Notes under the pieces: model-generated
What the model was told of the DNA's origin: nothing
The model's input: the letters and a program-made list of their open reading frames with translations, nothing else
Database searches by the model: none
Program-made: the position numbers and the translations under genes
Shown here: one piece after another, positions 43,768 through 54,189 of the stretch
Layout: every line of letters starts with the position of its first letter
Position numbering within the stretch: the stretch's first letter is position 1
From: Prochlorococcus sp. AG-449-O05
GTDB lineage: Bacteria; Cyanobacteriota; Cyanobacteriia; PCC-6307; Cyanobiaceae
Direction of reading: 5' to 3'
NCBI GenBank assembly: GCA_003212195.1
Contig: QCQM01000001.1
Span: 42,378-106,377, forward strand
DNA length: 64,000 nucleotides

Positions 43768-45306
43768 TTGAAAATACTTCTTAAAAGATTTAAAAAAGCA
43801 GTAACCGAATTAAAACTTTTTTATTTTATTTCGTTGATTGTTGCTCTCTTAGTAATCATTCCAATTTTCAATTTTATTCTTGAAGGAGTTCAATATGTTG
43901 TAAGTGGAAATTTTTCATTAGGTATTGCTGGAGGAGAAGAGGTATTAGAGACTTTAAAAGTTTTAGTACTGACAAGTTTTTTTGGAGGAGGATTAGGCAC
44001 TTTGAATGGATGGTTACTTTCAAATTGTGATTTTAAGTTCAGAAAAGTTCTCCGTATTTGTCAGCTAATTCCACTAGCCGCCCCAGCATACCTAATAACA
44101 GCTGTTTTGCAGGATTTAGGAAGTATTTTTGGGTATCAAGTAACCGGTTTATGGTGGGGAGTTTTAATACTTTCAATCTCTACTTACCCATATGTATTCA
44201 TTCTTGCTAACGAAAGTTTTAATAAATTTGGAGTTAATCAAATCAATGCTAGTAGAGGATTAGGAGTTGGGCCATGGAGTAGCTTCTTTAAAATCGCTTT
44301 TCCAATGGCGTTGCCAGCACTAATAACAGGAATAAGTTTAATGTGTATGGAAGTAATGAATGAGTTAGGTACATTTGCATTATTAAATATTCCAAGTATT
44401 TCTACGGGTATAGCTGAAAATTGGATAATTGAGGGTAATCCAAAAAGTGCTATTGGACTATCTTTGGTAGCTTTATTAATAATTTTCACTTTAATTATTT
44501 TTGAAAAATTCTCCAGAAGAAAATCAAAGCGGTGGAGTGAAAATCCTGCATCAAAAGATTCTCAAGGGTGGGAATTAAAAAAAACAAGAGCTCTTTTAGC
44601 AATAACAATATCTTTATTTCCTCCAATTTTCTCTTTTGGAATTCCATGTTTTTGGGTTCTGCTCAATATCGATCAAATTCAAAAAGGGCTATCTTTAGAG
44701 TTACTTACCCTATCATTCAGGACCATAAGTCTAGGATTTTTTACTGCATTAATAACGATGTTATTCTCCTTAATAATTTCCTTAGCAAGACGACCAAATA
44801 AGAGCTTATTACTAGGACTAATAACAAACCTTGCGGGAATAGGTTATGCAATTCCAGGCACTGTATTAGCTTTATCTTTAATAAGCATTTCTTCTCCAAG
44901 ATTAAATTTCTTTGCTGTTTGCTTACTAATTTGGGGTTATCTTGTACGATTTCTAACTATTTCTAAGGGTTCTATTGATTCAAGTCTTGAGAGAATTTCT
45001 CCTAGTCTAGATGAAGCTGCACTTGGACTAGGAGAAAATTGGCCGGGAATCATCAAAAGAATTCATCTACCTCTTCTTCAGGGACCAATATTCGTAGGAT
45101 CATTGTTGGTTTTTGTAGACACGATAAAAGAATTACCCATGACCTTTATTTTGAGACCATTTGATTTTGATACATTATCTGTGAGGATATATCAATATGC
45201 TGGAGATGAAAGAATGGTAGAGGCAATATTACCAGCCATTCTTATCATGACTCTAGGCCTTATTGCTTCATTTACATTGATACCAAGTTTAGAGAAAAAA
45301 AACTAA
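43768..45306 (+). CDS. futB: Iron(III) ABC transporter permease (FutB-like)
   Basis: Two permease halves with EAA-like loops (NASRGLG, DEAALGLG), PLAAPAY, GYAIPGTV and KELP.T. Confidence 0.85.
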   Translation: MKILLKRFKKAVTELKLFYFISLIVALLVIIPIFNFILEGVQYVVSGNFSLGIAGGEEVLETLKVLVLTSFFGGGLGTLNGWLLSNCDFKFRKVLRICQLIPLAAPAYLITAVLQDLGSIFGYQVTGLWWGVLILSISTYPYVFILANESFNKFGVNQINASRGLGVGPWSSFFKIAFPMALPALITGISLMCMEVMNELGTFALLNIPSISTGIAENWIIEGNPKSAIGLSLVALLIIFTLIIFEKFSRRKSKRWSENPASKDSQGWELKKTRALLAITISLFPPIFSFGIPCFWVLLNIDQIQKGLSLELLTLSFRTISLGFFTALITMLFSLIISLARRPNKSLLLGLITNLAGIGYAIPGTVLALSLISISSPRLNFFAVCLLIWGYLVRFLTISKGSIDSSLERISPSLDEAALGLGENWPGIIKRIHLPLLQGPIFVGSLLVFVDTIKELPMTFILRPFDFDTLSVRIYQYAGDERMVEAILPAILIMTLGLIASFTLIPSLEKKN

Positions 45307-45940
45307 ATTCTTTTATAAAGTTTTCTTATTAAGAAAGGTAGGCTTAAGAACAAATCTGCCGAGGTAGATATAACCCTAAAATAAACTAAACTGAGGATAG
45401 TTATATTTTGTGGAATACTTTTACCTACAAATAAAAGTAGGCAAGCCTCAAAAACGCCAACTCCTCCTGGAGCTGCTGGGACTACCAAGCCTAAAGACCA
45501 TGACAAAGAAAAGATCCACTCAACATAAAATAAGGTTCTATAAGTGTCGAATACAAAGCAATCTGAGGATTACTTATTTTTTTTATAAAATTAAATCTTT
45601 CTACAAAATGCCAAACCCCTCCTGGAACGTATTTAAGAATATTGGTTAAAACATAAAAAGAGACTAGATTATTACTTTTAAATTCTTTCCCGAACCATTT
45701 AACAATATATTTCCATGCATAAGCGTTCAGGTAAATACTTAATGTACAAAATAAAAATGATAAAAATAGATTAATTCCATTTCTTTCTAAATTGACATCA
45801 AAAGAAATTTGATCAATATTATTAAAAAAATAGAAACAAAAATAGGACAAGCTTGTAATAAAAAAAATATTTTTTAAACAACCAAAATTAATTTTTTTAA
45901 GGAATTTAAGATATAAGTTATGGCTTGAGTTAAATCTCAT
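45303..45940 (-). pseudogene. Split UPF0104 / lysylphosphatidylglycerol-synthase-TM family gene
   Basis: N-terminal part (LKYVPGGVWH, EP) in 45491..45940 and C-terminal part (SWSLGLVVPAAPGGVGVFEA, YFR) in another frame 45303..45506; the middle appears to be missing. Confidence 0.72.
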
Positions 45941-47169
45941 TTCCAGTTTTCAAATGCTTTAAATTTTTTGCTTGATTCTTTTATAATTTTTCTTATTTCG
46001 TAAGTTGATATTTTATGCTCAAATTGTAATCTCAATACCTCATCATTTTCTGGTTTCATAGTTATTGATCCATCTGGTTTCAGAGTTTGTTTAACTTTTA
46101 TATTTCCAAAAGTTGTTGAACATTCTCCTCTGCGTCTAAGTAATATCCACCTTGATTGGGTCCTTTCACGAACACCAATAGTGTTGGAATAATCAAACCA
46201 TAATCTCCTAAAAAACTCTTTTTTCTCTATGGGCAAGATTACTTGAATAGAAAATCCAATTCTATTTTTTTTCATATTGATAGCTTGATAGGAAACGTCG
46301 TAAGCTCCCTCAATTCTCAGTTTCTCCACAAAATTATATATATCTTCGGGTGTTTGATCATCAATCCATGCTTCTTGAATAGTTATCTCTTCACACTTTG
46401 GACTAATTTGTTTATTAACGTTAATAGAAAAATCCTCAAATGAAGTAATTTTATAAACTCTTACCAAATTAGGGAATGTAAATTTTAGATTACCAATGCC
46501 GACTCCATAAGAGTTGACAGAATATTTTGAAGGAGGTTCAAGATAGTCGACTAAATTAGCAAGTAAAGCAATGCCAGTTGGTGTTGAGAGTTCACCATCT
46601 ATTGAGTTTAGGCTTGATAGAACCTTAATATTTTTTTGTCTTATTAGCTCTATTACAGCAGGAGGTGGTACAGATAATTTTCCATGTTCAGTTTGAACAA
46701 AACCTTTCCCCAACATTGGTTCATTACAATAAACCCTCCTTGGATTTAAGTAATTCAATGCAGCACATACTCCAATTATATCCACCAATGAATCTATAGC
46801 TCCAATTTCATGAAAATGAACTTCATCAGATTTAATGCCATGAACTTTTCCTTCCGCAATTGCTAAAGATTCAAATACTTCATAAATTATTTTTTTTAAT
46901 TTATCTTCTAAGTGGCTATTTAAAATAAGTTCCTTGATAATTCTCCAAGTTCTTTTAATAGGACTACAGTCAATATTCTCAACCTTTGCCTTGATGCCTC
47001 GGATTGAACAACTTTTTGATTCCTTAAAGTCTAGTTGATATAGCTCCTTTAATCCAAGATCAATAAGAGGTTGTTCAATGACTTTTTTAGGCACCCCTAA
47101 ATCATAAAAAGCTCCTAATAACATATCTCCAGAGATACCAGGAGAGCATTCAATTAAAATATCTTCCAT
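45937..47169 (-). CDS. larC: Nickel-pincer cofactor insertase LarC family
   Basis: GISGDMLLGA, AEGKVHG, VHFHEIGAIDS, GELSTPTG, MKKNR.G and TIGVR. Confidence 0.9.
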   Translation of the reverse strand: MEDILIECSPGISGDMLLGAFYDLGVPKKVIEQPLIDLGLKELYQLDFKESKSCSIRGIKAKVENIDCSPIKRTWRIIKELILNSHLEDKLKKIIYEVFESLAIAEGKVHGIKSDEVHFHEIGAIDSLVDIIGVCAALNYLNPRRVYCNEPMLGKGFVQTEHGKLSVPPPAVIELIRQKNIKVLSSLNSIDGELSTPTGIALLANLVDYLEPPSKYSVNSYGVGIGNLKFTFPNLVRVYKITSFEDFSINVNKQISPKCEEITIQEAWIDDQTPEDIYNFVEKLRIEGAYDVSYQAINMKKNRIGFSIQVILPIEKKEFFRRLWFDYSNTIGVRERTQSRWILLRRRGECSTTFGNIKVKQTLKPDGSITMKPENDEVLRLQFEHKISTYEIRKIIKESSKKFKAFENWK

Positions 47170-47221
47170 AAATCAAAGATTTCTTGACAGATAAAATTTC
47201 GATGAGAATCAACCTTTCATT

Positions 47222-47821
47222 CTAGTTATTTTCAGAGAGATTTTTTTCAATCACTTTGGACTTAATTAAGTTCAAAGAATTTCCTTCCCTGATGACATCT
47301 AAACTTAAAAAGCTATGAAGAAGTTCAAGAGAAAGCTCTCCTTTTATAACTAATTTAAAATTTTTATTTTTTAAATTTTTTGACTTTATAGAAGAGCAAA
47401 TTTTAATAACAAATTCTTTCTTTTGAGTGTTGACAAAAACTAATTCTCCTCTAACAGAAAAGTAATTATCTTTTAGATCTAATTCTTCTAATAATTTAGA
47501 GAAGTTAGTTTTTGAAGAATCATTTGGAAAATCATTCAGTTCATAAGGATCCCAGATGCCTGAAACCTGTAAATGCAAGTTTTGAGTATTTTTATTTTTT
47601 GGATAAACAATCCAGTAATAACTTTTCTTTAAATCAATATGCTTTTTTAAAAGCGATAATGCTTTACCTAGAACTACTGTTTCAATTTTTTCGCCTTTAT
47701 TATCAATTAAAAAGCCTCTATTTAATTGCTTACTATCATGAGGAGTGAATTTACCATTAATAATACCGATTGCTCTGTGCTGTAATAGATTAGTTACTTT
47801 TGGGATAGGATTTTTTAACAT
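47222..47821 (-). CDS. Conserved hypothetical protein
   Basis: 199-aa ATG ORF co-oriented with larC; RAIGII.G, WIVYP, GIWDP and FSVRGE. Confidence 0.75.
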   Translation of the reverse strand: MLKNPIPKVTNLLQHRAIGIINGKFTPHDSKQLNRGFLIDNKGEKIETVVLGKALSLLKKHIDLKKSYYWIVYPKNKNTQNLHLQVSGIWDPYELNDFPNDSSKTNFSKLLEELDLKDNYFSVRGELVFVNTQKKEFVIKICSSIKSKNLKNKNFKLVIKGELSLELLHSFLSLDVIREGNSLNLIKSKVIEKNLSENN

Positions 47822-47860
47822 ATTAAATTTTAAAAATAAGAATTTATCGTATTTAATTTC

Positions 47861-48160
47861 TTATTTTTCCTCCAAACTATTAAAAGACTTTAACGCATCG
47901 TCAATAGCATCAGTAGGTTTAGTCGCATCATTCATACTATTATGTCTCCGAATCATTTCCACAATTTCAAAAGGATTGCTTGGAAGAACTGAATTATCCT
48001 CTTCTGATTTAGTTGAGTTATCGATTTCTAATTCTTCAAATAAATATTCAGCATTTAGGTGGTAAGCTTTTAAGGAAATTAAGGAAATAAAAAAAATTAA
48101 AAAAGTTATTGGTTTAGGAAATCTTTTGTAAAAATAATTTTTCATTTTATTTAATTTCAA
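47861..48160 (-). CDS. Small exported hypothetical protein
   Basis: Signal-like hydrophobic stretch then PSNPFEIVEMIRR..DAT.P.DAID.AL; ATG 48145 is an alternative start. Confidence 0.7.
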   Translation of the reverse strand: MKLNKMKNYFYKRFPKPITFLIFFISLISLKAYHLNAEYLFEELEIDNSTKSEEDNSVLPSNPFEIVEMIRRHNSMNDATKPTDAIDDALKSFNSLEEK

Positions 48161-48216
48161 AATTCTTTAATGCCAAAATTTTCTGCTAGTTTAATTTTAC
48201 ATAATTTGTCAGAAAT

Positions 48217-49062
48217 TTGTTAGTAGCAACTTGGAATGTTAACTCTATAAGAACCAGACTTTCACAAGTAGTAGATTGGATTAATCAAGTTAATCCAGAT
48301 ATTCTATGTTTGCAGGAAACAAAAGTAACAGATGATAGTTTTCCTTTTGAACCTTTTGAGAAATTAGGATACTCAGTAGAGGTCTACGGACAAAAATCAT
48401 ACAATGGTGTGGCTATTATTTCTAAAATAAAACCAGAAAACGTTAAAAAGGGATTCTACGACTGTACCAACTCTAATCAAAATATCGAAATTTTTCTAGA
48501 TCAAAAAAGATTGATTTCTGCTGATTTTAATGGCATTAAAATCATTAATGTCTATGTGCCAAACGGATCTTCTCTAGAATCTAGTAAGTTCAAATACAAA
48601 ATTAATTGGTTAAATTGTTTATCTTCATTTTTGGATGAGCGAGAAAAAAAAGGAGAATTAATTTGTCTTATGGGTGATTTTAATGTCGCTCCATCTAATT
48701 TGGATATTCATGATCCAAAGAAATATGAAGGAGGGATAATGGCATCTGAGATAGAGAGAAATGCACTAAATAATGTTGTAAAAAAAAGATTAATAGATTC
48801 TTTCAGGATTTTTGAACAAAATACTAACCATTGGAGTTGGTGGGATTACCGTAATAACGCATTTGAATTAAATAAAGGTTGGAGAATAGACCATATATAT
48901 ATCAGTAAAGAACTTTCATCAAAACTTAAAAGTTGTGTCATAGACAGCTCACCCAGAGGTAATTTGCGTCCAAGTGATCATGCCCCAGTAATGATAGATC
49001 TTAACTTGAACGACATCAATGTAGATTTTTTTGAGGATGAGGATAATTTCTTCGAAATATAA
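48217..49062 (+). CDS. xthA: Exodeoxyribonuclease III
   Basis: ATWNVNS, CLQETK, YVPNG, GDFNV, GWRIDH and SDHAPV. Confidence 0.95.
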   Translation: MLVATWNVNSIRTRLSQVVDWINQVNPDILCLQETKVTDDSFPFEPFEKLGYSVEVYGQKSYNGVAIISKIKPENVKKGFYDCTNSNQNIEIFLDQKRLISADFNGIKIINVYVPNGSSLESSKFKYKINWLNCLSSFLDEREKKGELICLMGDFNVAPSNLDIHDPKKYEGGIMASEIERNALNNVVKKRLIDSFRIFEQNTNHWSWWDYRNNAFELNKGWRIDHIYISKELSSKLKSCVIDSSPRGNLRPSDHAPVMIDLNLNDINVDFFEDEDNFFEI

Positions 49063-49288
49063 ATAAAATAAATTTAATTTCTTTAATACCTGAAAACGCT
49101 TATTAATAAAGAGTTATCTAAAATAAGAATGTTTTTTATCTTGATTTCTTTAAAATTAATAATTTACAATCCGAACTATCGCAATAAAAATATCATAATG
49201 TAGAATTTCAACCTGATTGACAAAATTTTTACTTATTTCTAATTTAGAACATGACTAGATTTTTCTCAAAACATCATTTATCGAAATT

Positions 49289-50590
49289 GTGACTGACATA
49301 TTAAATTACACCAAATCGGAAGAAATTTTCTCTGCCGCCCAACAATTAATGCCTGGAGGAGTAAGCTCTCCAGTAAGAGCTTTTAAGTCTGTAGGAGGCC
49401 AGCCAGTTGTCTTTGATAGAGTAAAAGGTCCCTTTGCTTGGGATATTGATGGAAATAGATATATTGACTATATAGGAAGTTGGGGCCCCGCCATATGTGG
49501 ACATGCCCACCCTGAAGTTACAACAGCATTACAGGAAGCCATTGAGAAAGGCACGAGCTTTGGTGCTCCATGCGTTCTTGAGAACAAACTTGCTGAAATG
49601 GTAATAGATGCAGTTCCATCAGTAGAAATGGTTAGATTTGTTAATAGTGGAACTGAAGCATGCATGGCAGTTTTGAGACTTATGCGAGCATTTACTGGAA
49701 GAGATAAAGTTATTAAATTTGACGGTTGTTATCACGGACATGCAGATATGTTTTTAGTGAAAGCAGGATCAGGTGTAGCCACTTTAGGTTTACCAGATTC
49801 TCCAGGTGTTCCACGGACAACAACTGCCAACACACTTACTGCTCCATACAATGACCTTGAAGCAGTAAAAAAATTATTTTCTGAAAATCCAGATGCCATT
49901 TCAGGGGTAATACTTGAGCCTATCGTTGGTAATGCTGGATTTATAACTCCAGAACCTGGATTCTTAGAAGGATTAAGAGAATTAACTACTGAGAATGGAT
50001 CCTTATTAGTTTTTGACGAAGTAATGACTGGATTCAGAATTAGTTATGGAGGAGCACAAGAAAAGTTTGGGGTAACTCCTGATTTAACAACACTTGGTAA
50101 AGTAATTGGTGGAGGACTACCTGTTGGAGCCTACGGAGGCAAAAAAGAAATCATGTCGATGATAGCCCCTTCAGGACCGGTTTACCAAGCAGGTACTTTG
50201 AGCGGCAACCCACTCGCAATGACTGCTGGAATTAAAACTCTTGAACTGCTTAAACAAGAAGGTACATACGAGAAACTTGAATTAACAACTTCGAGATTAA
50301 TTGAAGGGATAATTCAATCTGCAGAAAATAACGGTATCGCTATTAACGGTGGAAGTGTAAGCGCTATGTTTGGATTTTTCTTATGCGATGGGCCAGTAAG
50401 GAACTTTGATGAAGCAAAAACAAATGATGCCGAACTTTTTGGTAAGTTGCATAGAGAGATGCTTGGTCGAGGAATTTACCTAGCTCCAAGTCCGTTCGAA
50501 GCTGGTTTCACATCACTAGCTCATAGCGAAGAAGAAATAGATAAAACTATCGAGGCTTTTGACGAATCTTTTAGTAAAATAAAATATTAA
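49289..50590 (+). CDS. hemL: Glutamate-1-semialdehyde 2,1-aminomutase
   Basis: [34 protein letters not shown] and QAGTLSGNP. Confidence 0.97.
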   Translation: MTDILNYTKSEEIFSAAQQLMPGGVSSPVRAFKSVGGQPVVFDRVKGPFAWDIDGNRYIDYIGSWGPAICGHAHPEVTTALQEAIEKGTSFGAPCVLENKLAEMVIDAVPSVEMVRFVNSGTEACMAVLRLMRAFTGRDKVIKFDGCYHGHADMFLVKAGSGVATLGLPDSPGVPRTTTANTLTAPYNDLEAVKKLFSENPDAISGVILEPIVGNAGFITPEPGFLEGLRELTTENGSLLVFDEVMTGFRISYGGAQEKFGVTPDLTTLGKVIGGGLPVGAYGGKKEIMSMIAPSGPVYQAGTLSGNPLAMTAGIKTLELLKQEGTYEKLELTTSRLIEGIIQSAENNGIAINGGSVSAMFGFFLCDGPVRNFDEAKTNDAELFGKLHREMLGRGIYLAPSPFEAGFTSLAHSEEEIDKTIEAFDESFSKIKY

Positions 50591-50660
50591 ATATTTATTT
50601 ATCTTCCCTTAAAGAAAAATTAGTAAATGATTAAAAATTTATATAAAGAATTTTAAATAA

Positions 50661-51464
50661 TTATCTTCTACCACCAACTATTACTGGAGGGCTACCTCCT
50701 TCTGAACCTGGCAGGCCAGGAACAACCTGTGTACTACCATCCCATTTGTCTAGAAATAATTTGAATAGTACTTGATCGTCTAGACTTCTATTTAACGTCT
50801 CATATCTAAGTGCTTCTTGTTCAGCAATTTCAACCTCTGTCTTTGCTCTTAGTAGTTGCTGACCAGCTATTTGCTTTTGTTCGATTGCAGCTCTGTATTC
50901 TTCAGCAATCTCTAATCCAGTAAGATCTAAACTTTTAACATCTACATAATCGAAGGAATTTAGTTCTTTCGCAACGGTATCTCCTACTTTTTCAGAAATT
51001 ACTGCGAATTCTGTAGCAATTGTTTCTAGCTCATATTGAGAAAAGACTGATTTTAGGGCTTTTAGCAAAGACGGCTGAACAATCTTTTGATAAACATCGC
51101 TATTTCTGGATGCAATTGTTGCAAAGATCCTTCCTGCTTCGTTTGGTTTTACTGAATACTTGACAGTAGCTGTAGCCCTAATAACTTGAAGATCTTTGGT
51201 TAATGTTTCAAATTTTTCGGGTTGAACTTGAGTTTTTATATCGAATGGATATACAGACTGAATAAATGGAAGTTTAAAGTTTAAACCTGCTCTCCTGGAG
51301 GGTCCGCTTACTTTACCTAACGTTGTAACCACTGCAACTTGTCCAGAAGGTACAACAAAGAGGGATTGGGTAAGCAAAAGAAATCCTGTAAAAGATAATA
51401 CAATGAGTAATGTTGCTGTCCCACCAGGACCAGTTGGTGTTACATTTTTAAAGGATGTTGACAT
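50661..51464 (-). CDS. Prohibitin/SPFH (band 7) family protein
   Basis: N-terminal TM, GLNFKLPFI, TKDLQ, AIEQKQIA and KWDG. Confidence 0.9.
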   Translation of the reverse strand: MSTSFKNVTPTGPGGTATLLIVLSFTGFLLLTQSLFVVPSGQVAVVTTLGKVSGPSRRAGLNFKLPFIQSVYPFDIKTQVQPEKFETLTKDLQVIRATATVKYSVKPNEAGRIFATIASRNSDVYQKIVQPSLLKALKSVFSQYELETIATEFAVISEKVGDTVAKELNSFDYVDVKSLDLTGLEIAEEYRAAIEQKQIAGQQLLRAKTEVEIAEQEALRYETLNRSLDDQVLFKLFLDKWDGSTQVVPGLPGSEGGSPPVIVGGRR

Positions 51465-51562
51465 TAAATTTTTACTTTTAGTTAATCATATTTAAATAGA
51501 CTAATTAGTGCATTAATAAGACATTTAATTAAAATATTTTTTTAATAATTCCAAATATAAAA

Positions 51563-51593
51563 ATGGAGATTATTTAGATGGAGATTATTTAGA
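51563..51593 (+). repeat. Perfect 15-bp tandem duplication
   Basis: ATGGAGATTATTTAG at 51563 and 51578. Confidence 0.85.
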
Positions 51594-51798
51594 AGTTATT
51601 AGATTTACTTTCTTGCAAAAGTTTTAAATAAAGGTCCTCATCTATCTCCCTAATGTCATATTCAGAGGGTAAAACACCATGTTTATGCTCATGTACCGCC
51701 ATCCAACAAAATTTCTCTATTTCTTCTTTTGAAAAACGAGGATATTCTTTTACTTTCTTAATCAATGATCTAATGAGAGATTCTGAATAGTCCGCCAT
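51589..51798 (-). CDS. Small hypothetical protein
   Basis: 69-aa ATG ORF co-oriented after yajQ; WMAVHEHKHGVLPSEYDIRE. Confidence 0.72.
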   Translation of the reverse strand: MADYSESLIRSLIKKVKEYPRFSKEEIEKFCWMAVHEHKHGVLPSEYDIREIDEDLYLKLLQESKSNNF

Positions 51799-51825
51799 AT
51801 TTTAAAAATAATCTTACTAAAGATC

Positions 51826-52323
51826 TTATCTAAAGTTATTAGCTTTTAAAGGAATATTCAAAGACTCCTCTAACTCACTAACAAGCTTTATTGCTAATTG
51901 GAGATCATTTTTGCTCTTACTAGCAACTCTGAGTGTTTCTCCATTGATGCTGACATTAATTTTTTTTATTTGATCTCTAATATTTTTGCTGATTTTTTTT
52001 GCAATTTCTTGTTTAATGCCTTGTTTTAATAAAATTGTCTGTTTAAGTTTATTGCCACTAACCATTTCAATTTGACCGTAGTCAAATATTTTTAAAGATA
52101 GGTTCCTTTTTATTGCCTTTTGTCTAATTATGTCATTGACAGCATTTAAGGTAAGTTCGCTATTGGTGATTATAAAAATATTTTCTTTATCTAAATCAAC
52201 TGAAGTATCTGTGCCCTTAAGATCGTAGCGTTGAGAAATTTCCCTTTTTACTTGATCCAAAGTGTTTACTAATTCCTGTCTATCAAAATCAGAAACTACA
52301 TCAAATGAAAAACTTTCTGCCAT
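51826..52323 (-). CDS. yajQ: YajQ-family nucleotide-binding protein
   Basis: SFDVVS..D.QE..N, RYDLKG, QGI and NFR C-terminus. Confidence 0.92.
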   Translation of the reverse strand: MAESFSFDVVSDFDRQELVNTLDQVKREISQRYDLKGTDTSVDLDKENIFIITNSELTLNAVNDIIRQKAIKRNLSLKIFDYGQIEMVSGNKLKQTILLKQGIKQEIAKKISKNIRDQIKKINVSINGETLRVASKSKNDLQLAIKLVSELEESLNIPLKANNFR

Positions 52324-52387
52324 GGTGAATTATAAAACGCTAAATATTATTATCATAAATCAGTTTTAATAAGGGGAAATAGATTAT

Positions 52388-52900
52388 TTAATCAAAAAAT
52401 AACAAACTAACTACTTTTCCCATTTCTTCCGCGCATCTACAACTATTAAGCAAAGTTTCACTATCGTGAAAGGCAAAGCATATTAATTGATCGCACCTAG
52501 TAATAATTTCTTGATTGCAAAGACTGCTTGCAAGTGGCAAAGGTAATTCATCATTTTCACTTTTTTCAACCAGATGCATAACTCTTTCAAGTTGATCCTT
52601 TATTTCAGGTATTTGTCTATCAAGACTTTGTGGTAATAAGACAGTTAATAGTGATGGATTAATATCTAAGACAGCTCGAATAACAGCTGCATTAACGCCT
52701 TGAGATCCAGAAGTCAGGATATTATGTCCTTCCTCAGCTAAAGACCTTGCTATCAACTCAATTAAGTGGATATCGACAACAGGTACATGTCTACTGCCCA
52801 AAAAAGCAATTCTCCTTTTCCCGTTATCTTGGAGTTTTGCAAGTTCTTGAGCTAAGGCATCAACGCCTTCAGTTGCTGGTAGATCTAAGGAGCGACTCAA
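52388..52900 (-). CDS. Short DprA/Smf-like (SLOG-fold) protein
   Basis: IAFLGSRH, LTSGSQGVNAA, VLLPQ and CNQEII resemble the DprA/SLOG Rossmann motifs. Confidence 0.75.
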   Translation of the reverse strand: MSRSLDLPATEGVDALAQELAKLQDNGKRRIAFLGSRHVPVVDIHLIELIARSLAEEGHNILTSGSQGVNAAVIRAVLDINPSLLTVLLPQSLDRQIPEIKDQLERVMHLVEKSENDELPLPLASSLCNQEIITRCDQLICFAFHDSETLLNSCRCAEEMGKVVSLLFFD

Positions 52901-52925
52901 AATAATACAGTTACTATATTTGAAA

Positions 52926-54035
52926 TTAGCATTTATCTGAAAAATTGCAGGGAAAATCTATCTTTTCGAGAATTCTTTTTAAATTCACATGCTCTTGTAC
53001 TAATTGAATAGCATAAGATGCTTTAATTGATTCATGTATTCTGACATGACCAAAAGCTTGTTCAATAATTTCTACTGAGGAAAGAGTATCTAATCCCACC
53101 TTTAAAATTGGCACCTCCAATTCCTCTGCTCTATGAATCAATTGCGACAAAGGCTCTCCTAAACCAGTTAAAATTAGGCATTGAGTCGAAGCCTCCAAAG
53201 CAGCAAGTTGTATATCAGTTCTATCAGCTCCTGTAACTACAGCCATATTTCGTCTTCTCCTGAAAAATTCCATTGCAGAATTCACCCCCATTGCACCAAT
53301 ACTTAATGTTTCAACAAGTAATTGATCTTTTTCGGGGCAACAAATTACTTGTGCATCTAGTCTTCTTACAAGCTCACCAACGGTGACACTTCTAAGAAGT
53401 GGTGATTTAGGCATCACACCAAATACTTCAATATCCAGATCTTTAAGAGAAGGTGTTATTTCATTTTTTACTTTTTCGACTTCTTGCGGCAACACTCCGT
53501 TAAGTACAACTCCAACCAATTTCTCACCTAATTGTTTTTTCGCATCAAGTAATGCATCCACGCTTTTACAATCTTCCCATAGATTCACAATTAAAACATT
53601 CGCATCTAAATCCTTAGCTAGTTGTGGGAGACTTAAGCCATAAATCATACCTTCATGAAGACTTCCAGCTGCCTCTAAAATATTCAGACCTTCAAAATTA
53701 TCATTAACCAATCCTTCAATCTGATCAAAGCCTTTTCCTGGAAGTATGTCTTTATTAAAGATTCTTTTTTCAGCTGATATATTATCCAATAATCCTACCG
53801 AAGAAATTAAATTCTCCTCTTTGATATTTAGTGTAGAGCCAATAAACTTAACATCATCATCTATTAATCCTTCATAGGACATTGAAGGAAGATTTGTAAG
53901 TTCAATACATGTTGCTAGTGGTTTGCCTATGCGTACTTTTTTTTTCTCCTGTAAAAGTCTTTTTGCTAGCCCAAGAACCATTGCAGACTTACCACTAAAT
54001 GGCTCACATGAACCAATTAATAATATATCGCTCAT
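52926..54035 (-). CDS. Phosphotransacetylase N-terminal-like protein (P-loop + DRTGG), no catalytic Pta domain
   Basis: GSCEPFSGKS, GKPL, ILEAAG, GVVLN, IGAM and VTGADRTDIQLAAL..LILTG. Confidence 0.85.
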   Translation of the reverse strand: MSDILLIGSCEPFSGKSAMVLGLAKRLLQEKKKVRIGKPLATCIELTNLPSMSYEGLIDDDVKFIGSTLNIKEENLISSVGLLDNISAEKRIFNKDILPGKGFDQIEGLVNDNFEGLNILEAAGSLHEGMIYGLSLPQLAKDLDANVLIVNLWEDCKSVDALLDAKKQLGEKLVGVVLNGVLPQEVEKVKNEITPSLKDLDIEVFGVMPKSPLLRSVTVGELVRRLDAQVICCPEKDQLLVETLSIGAMGVNSAMEFFRRRRNMAVVTGADRTDIQLAALEASTQCLILTGLGEPLSQLIHRAEELEVPILKVGLDTLSSVEIIEQAFGHVRIHESIKASYAIQLVQEHVNLKRILEKIDFPCNFSDKC

Positions 54036-54189
54036 AAGTTAGTAAAATTATCTATCAATAGGTTCAAGATAATATTTTTTTGATAACTAAACAAATATTT
54101 ATTTATGAGTTTTAATCAAATAAAAAAATAAATATTTTTTTTTGGTAAATTTATTTTAATTCTTTGTTATCTCACCAAAATCAAGCAAA

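Noticed and set aside
52926-54035. Calling this gene pta
   Set aside because: Only the N-terminal P-loop and DRTGG region is present; the catalytic PTA domain is absent
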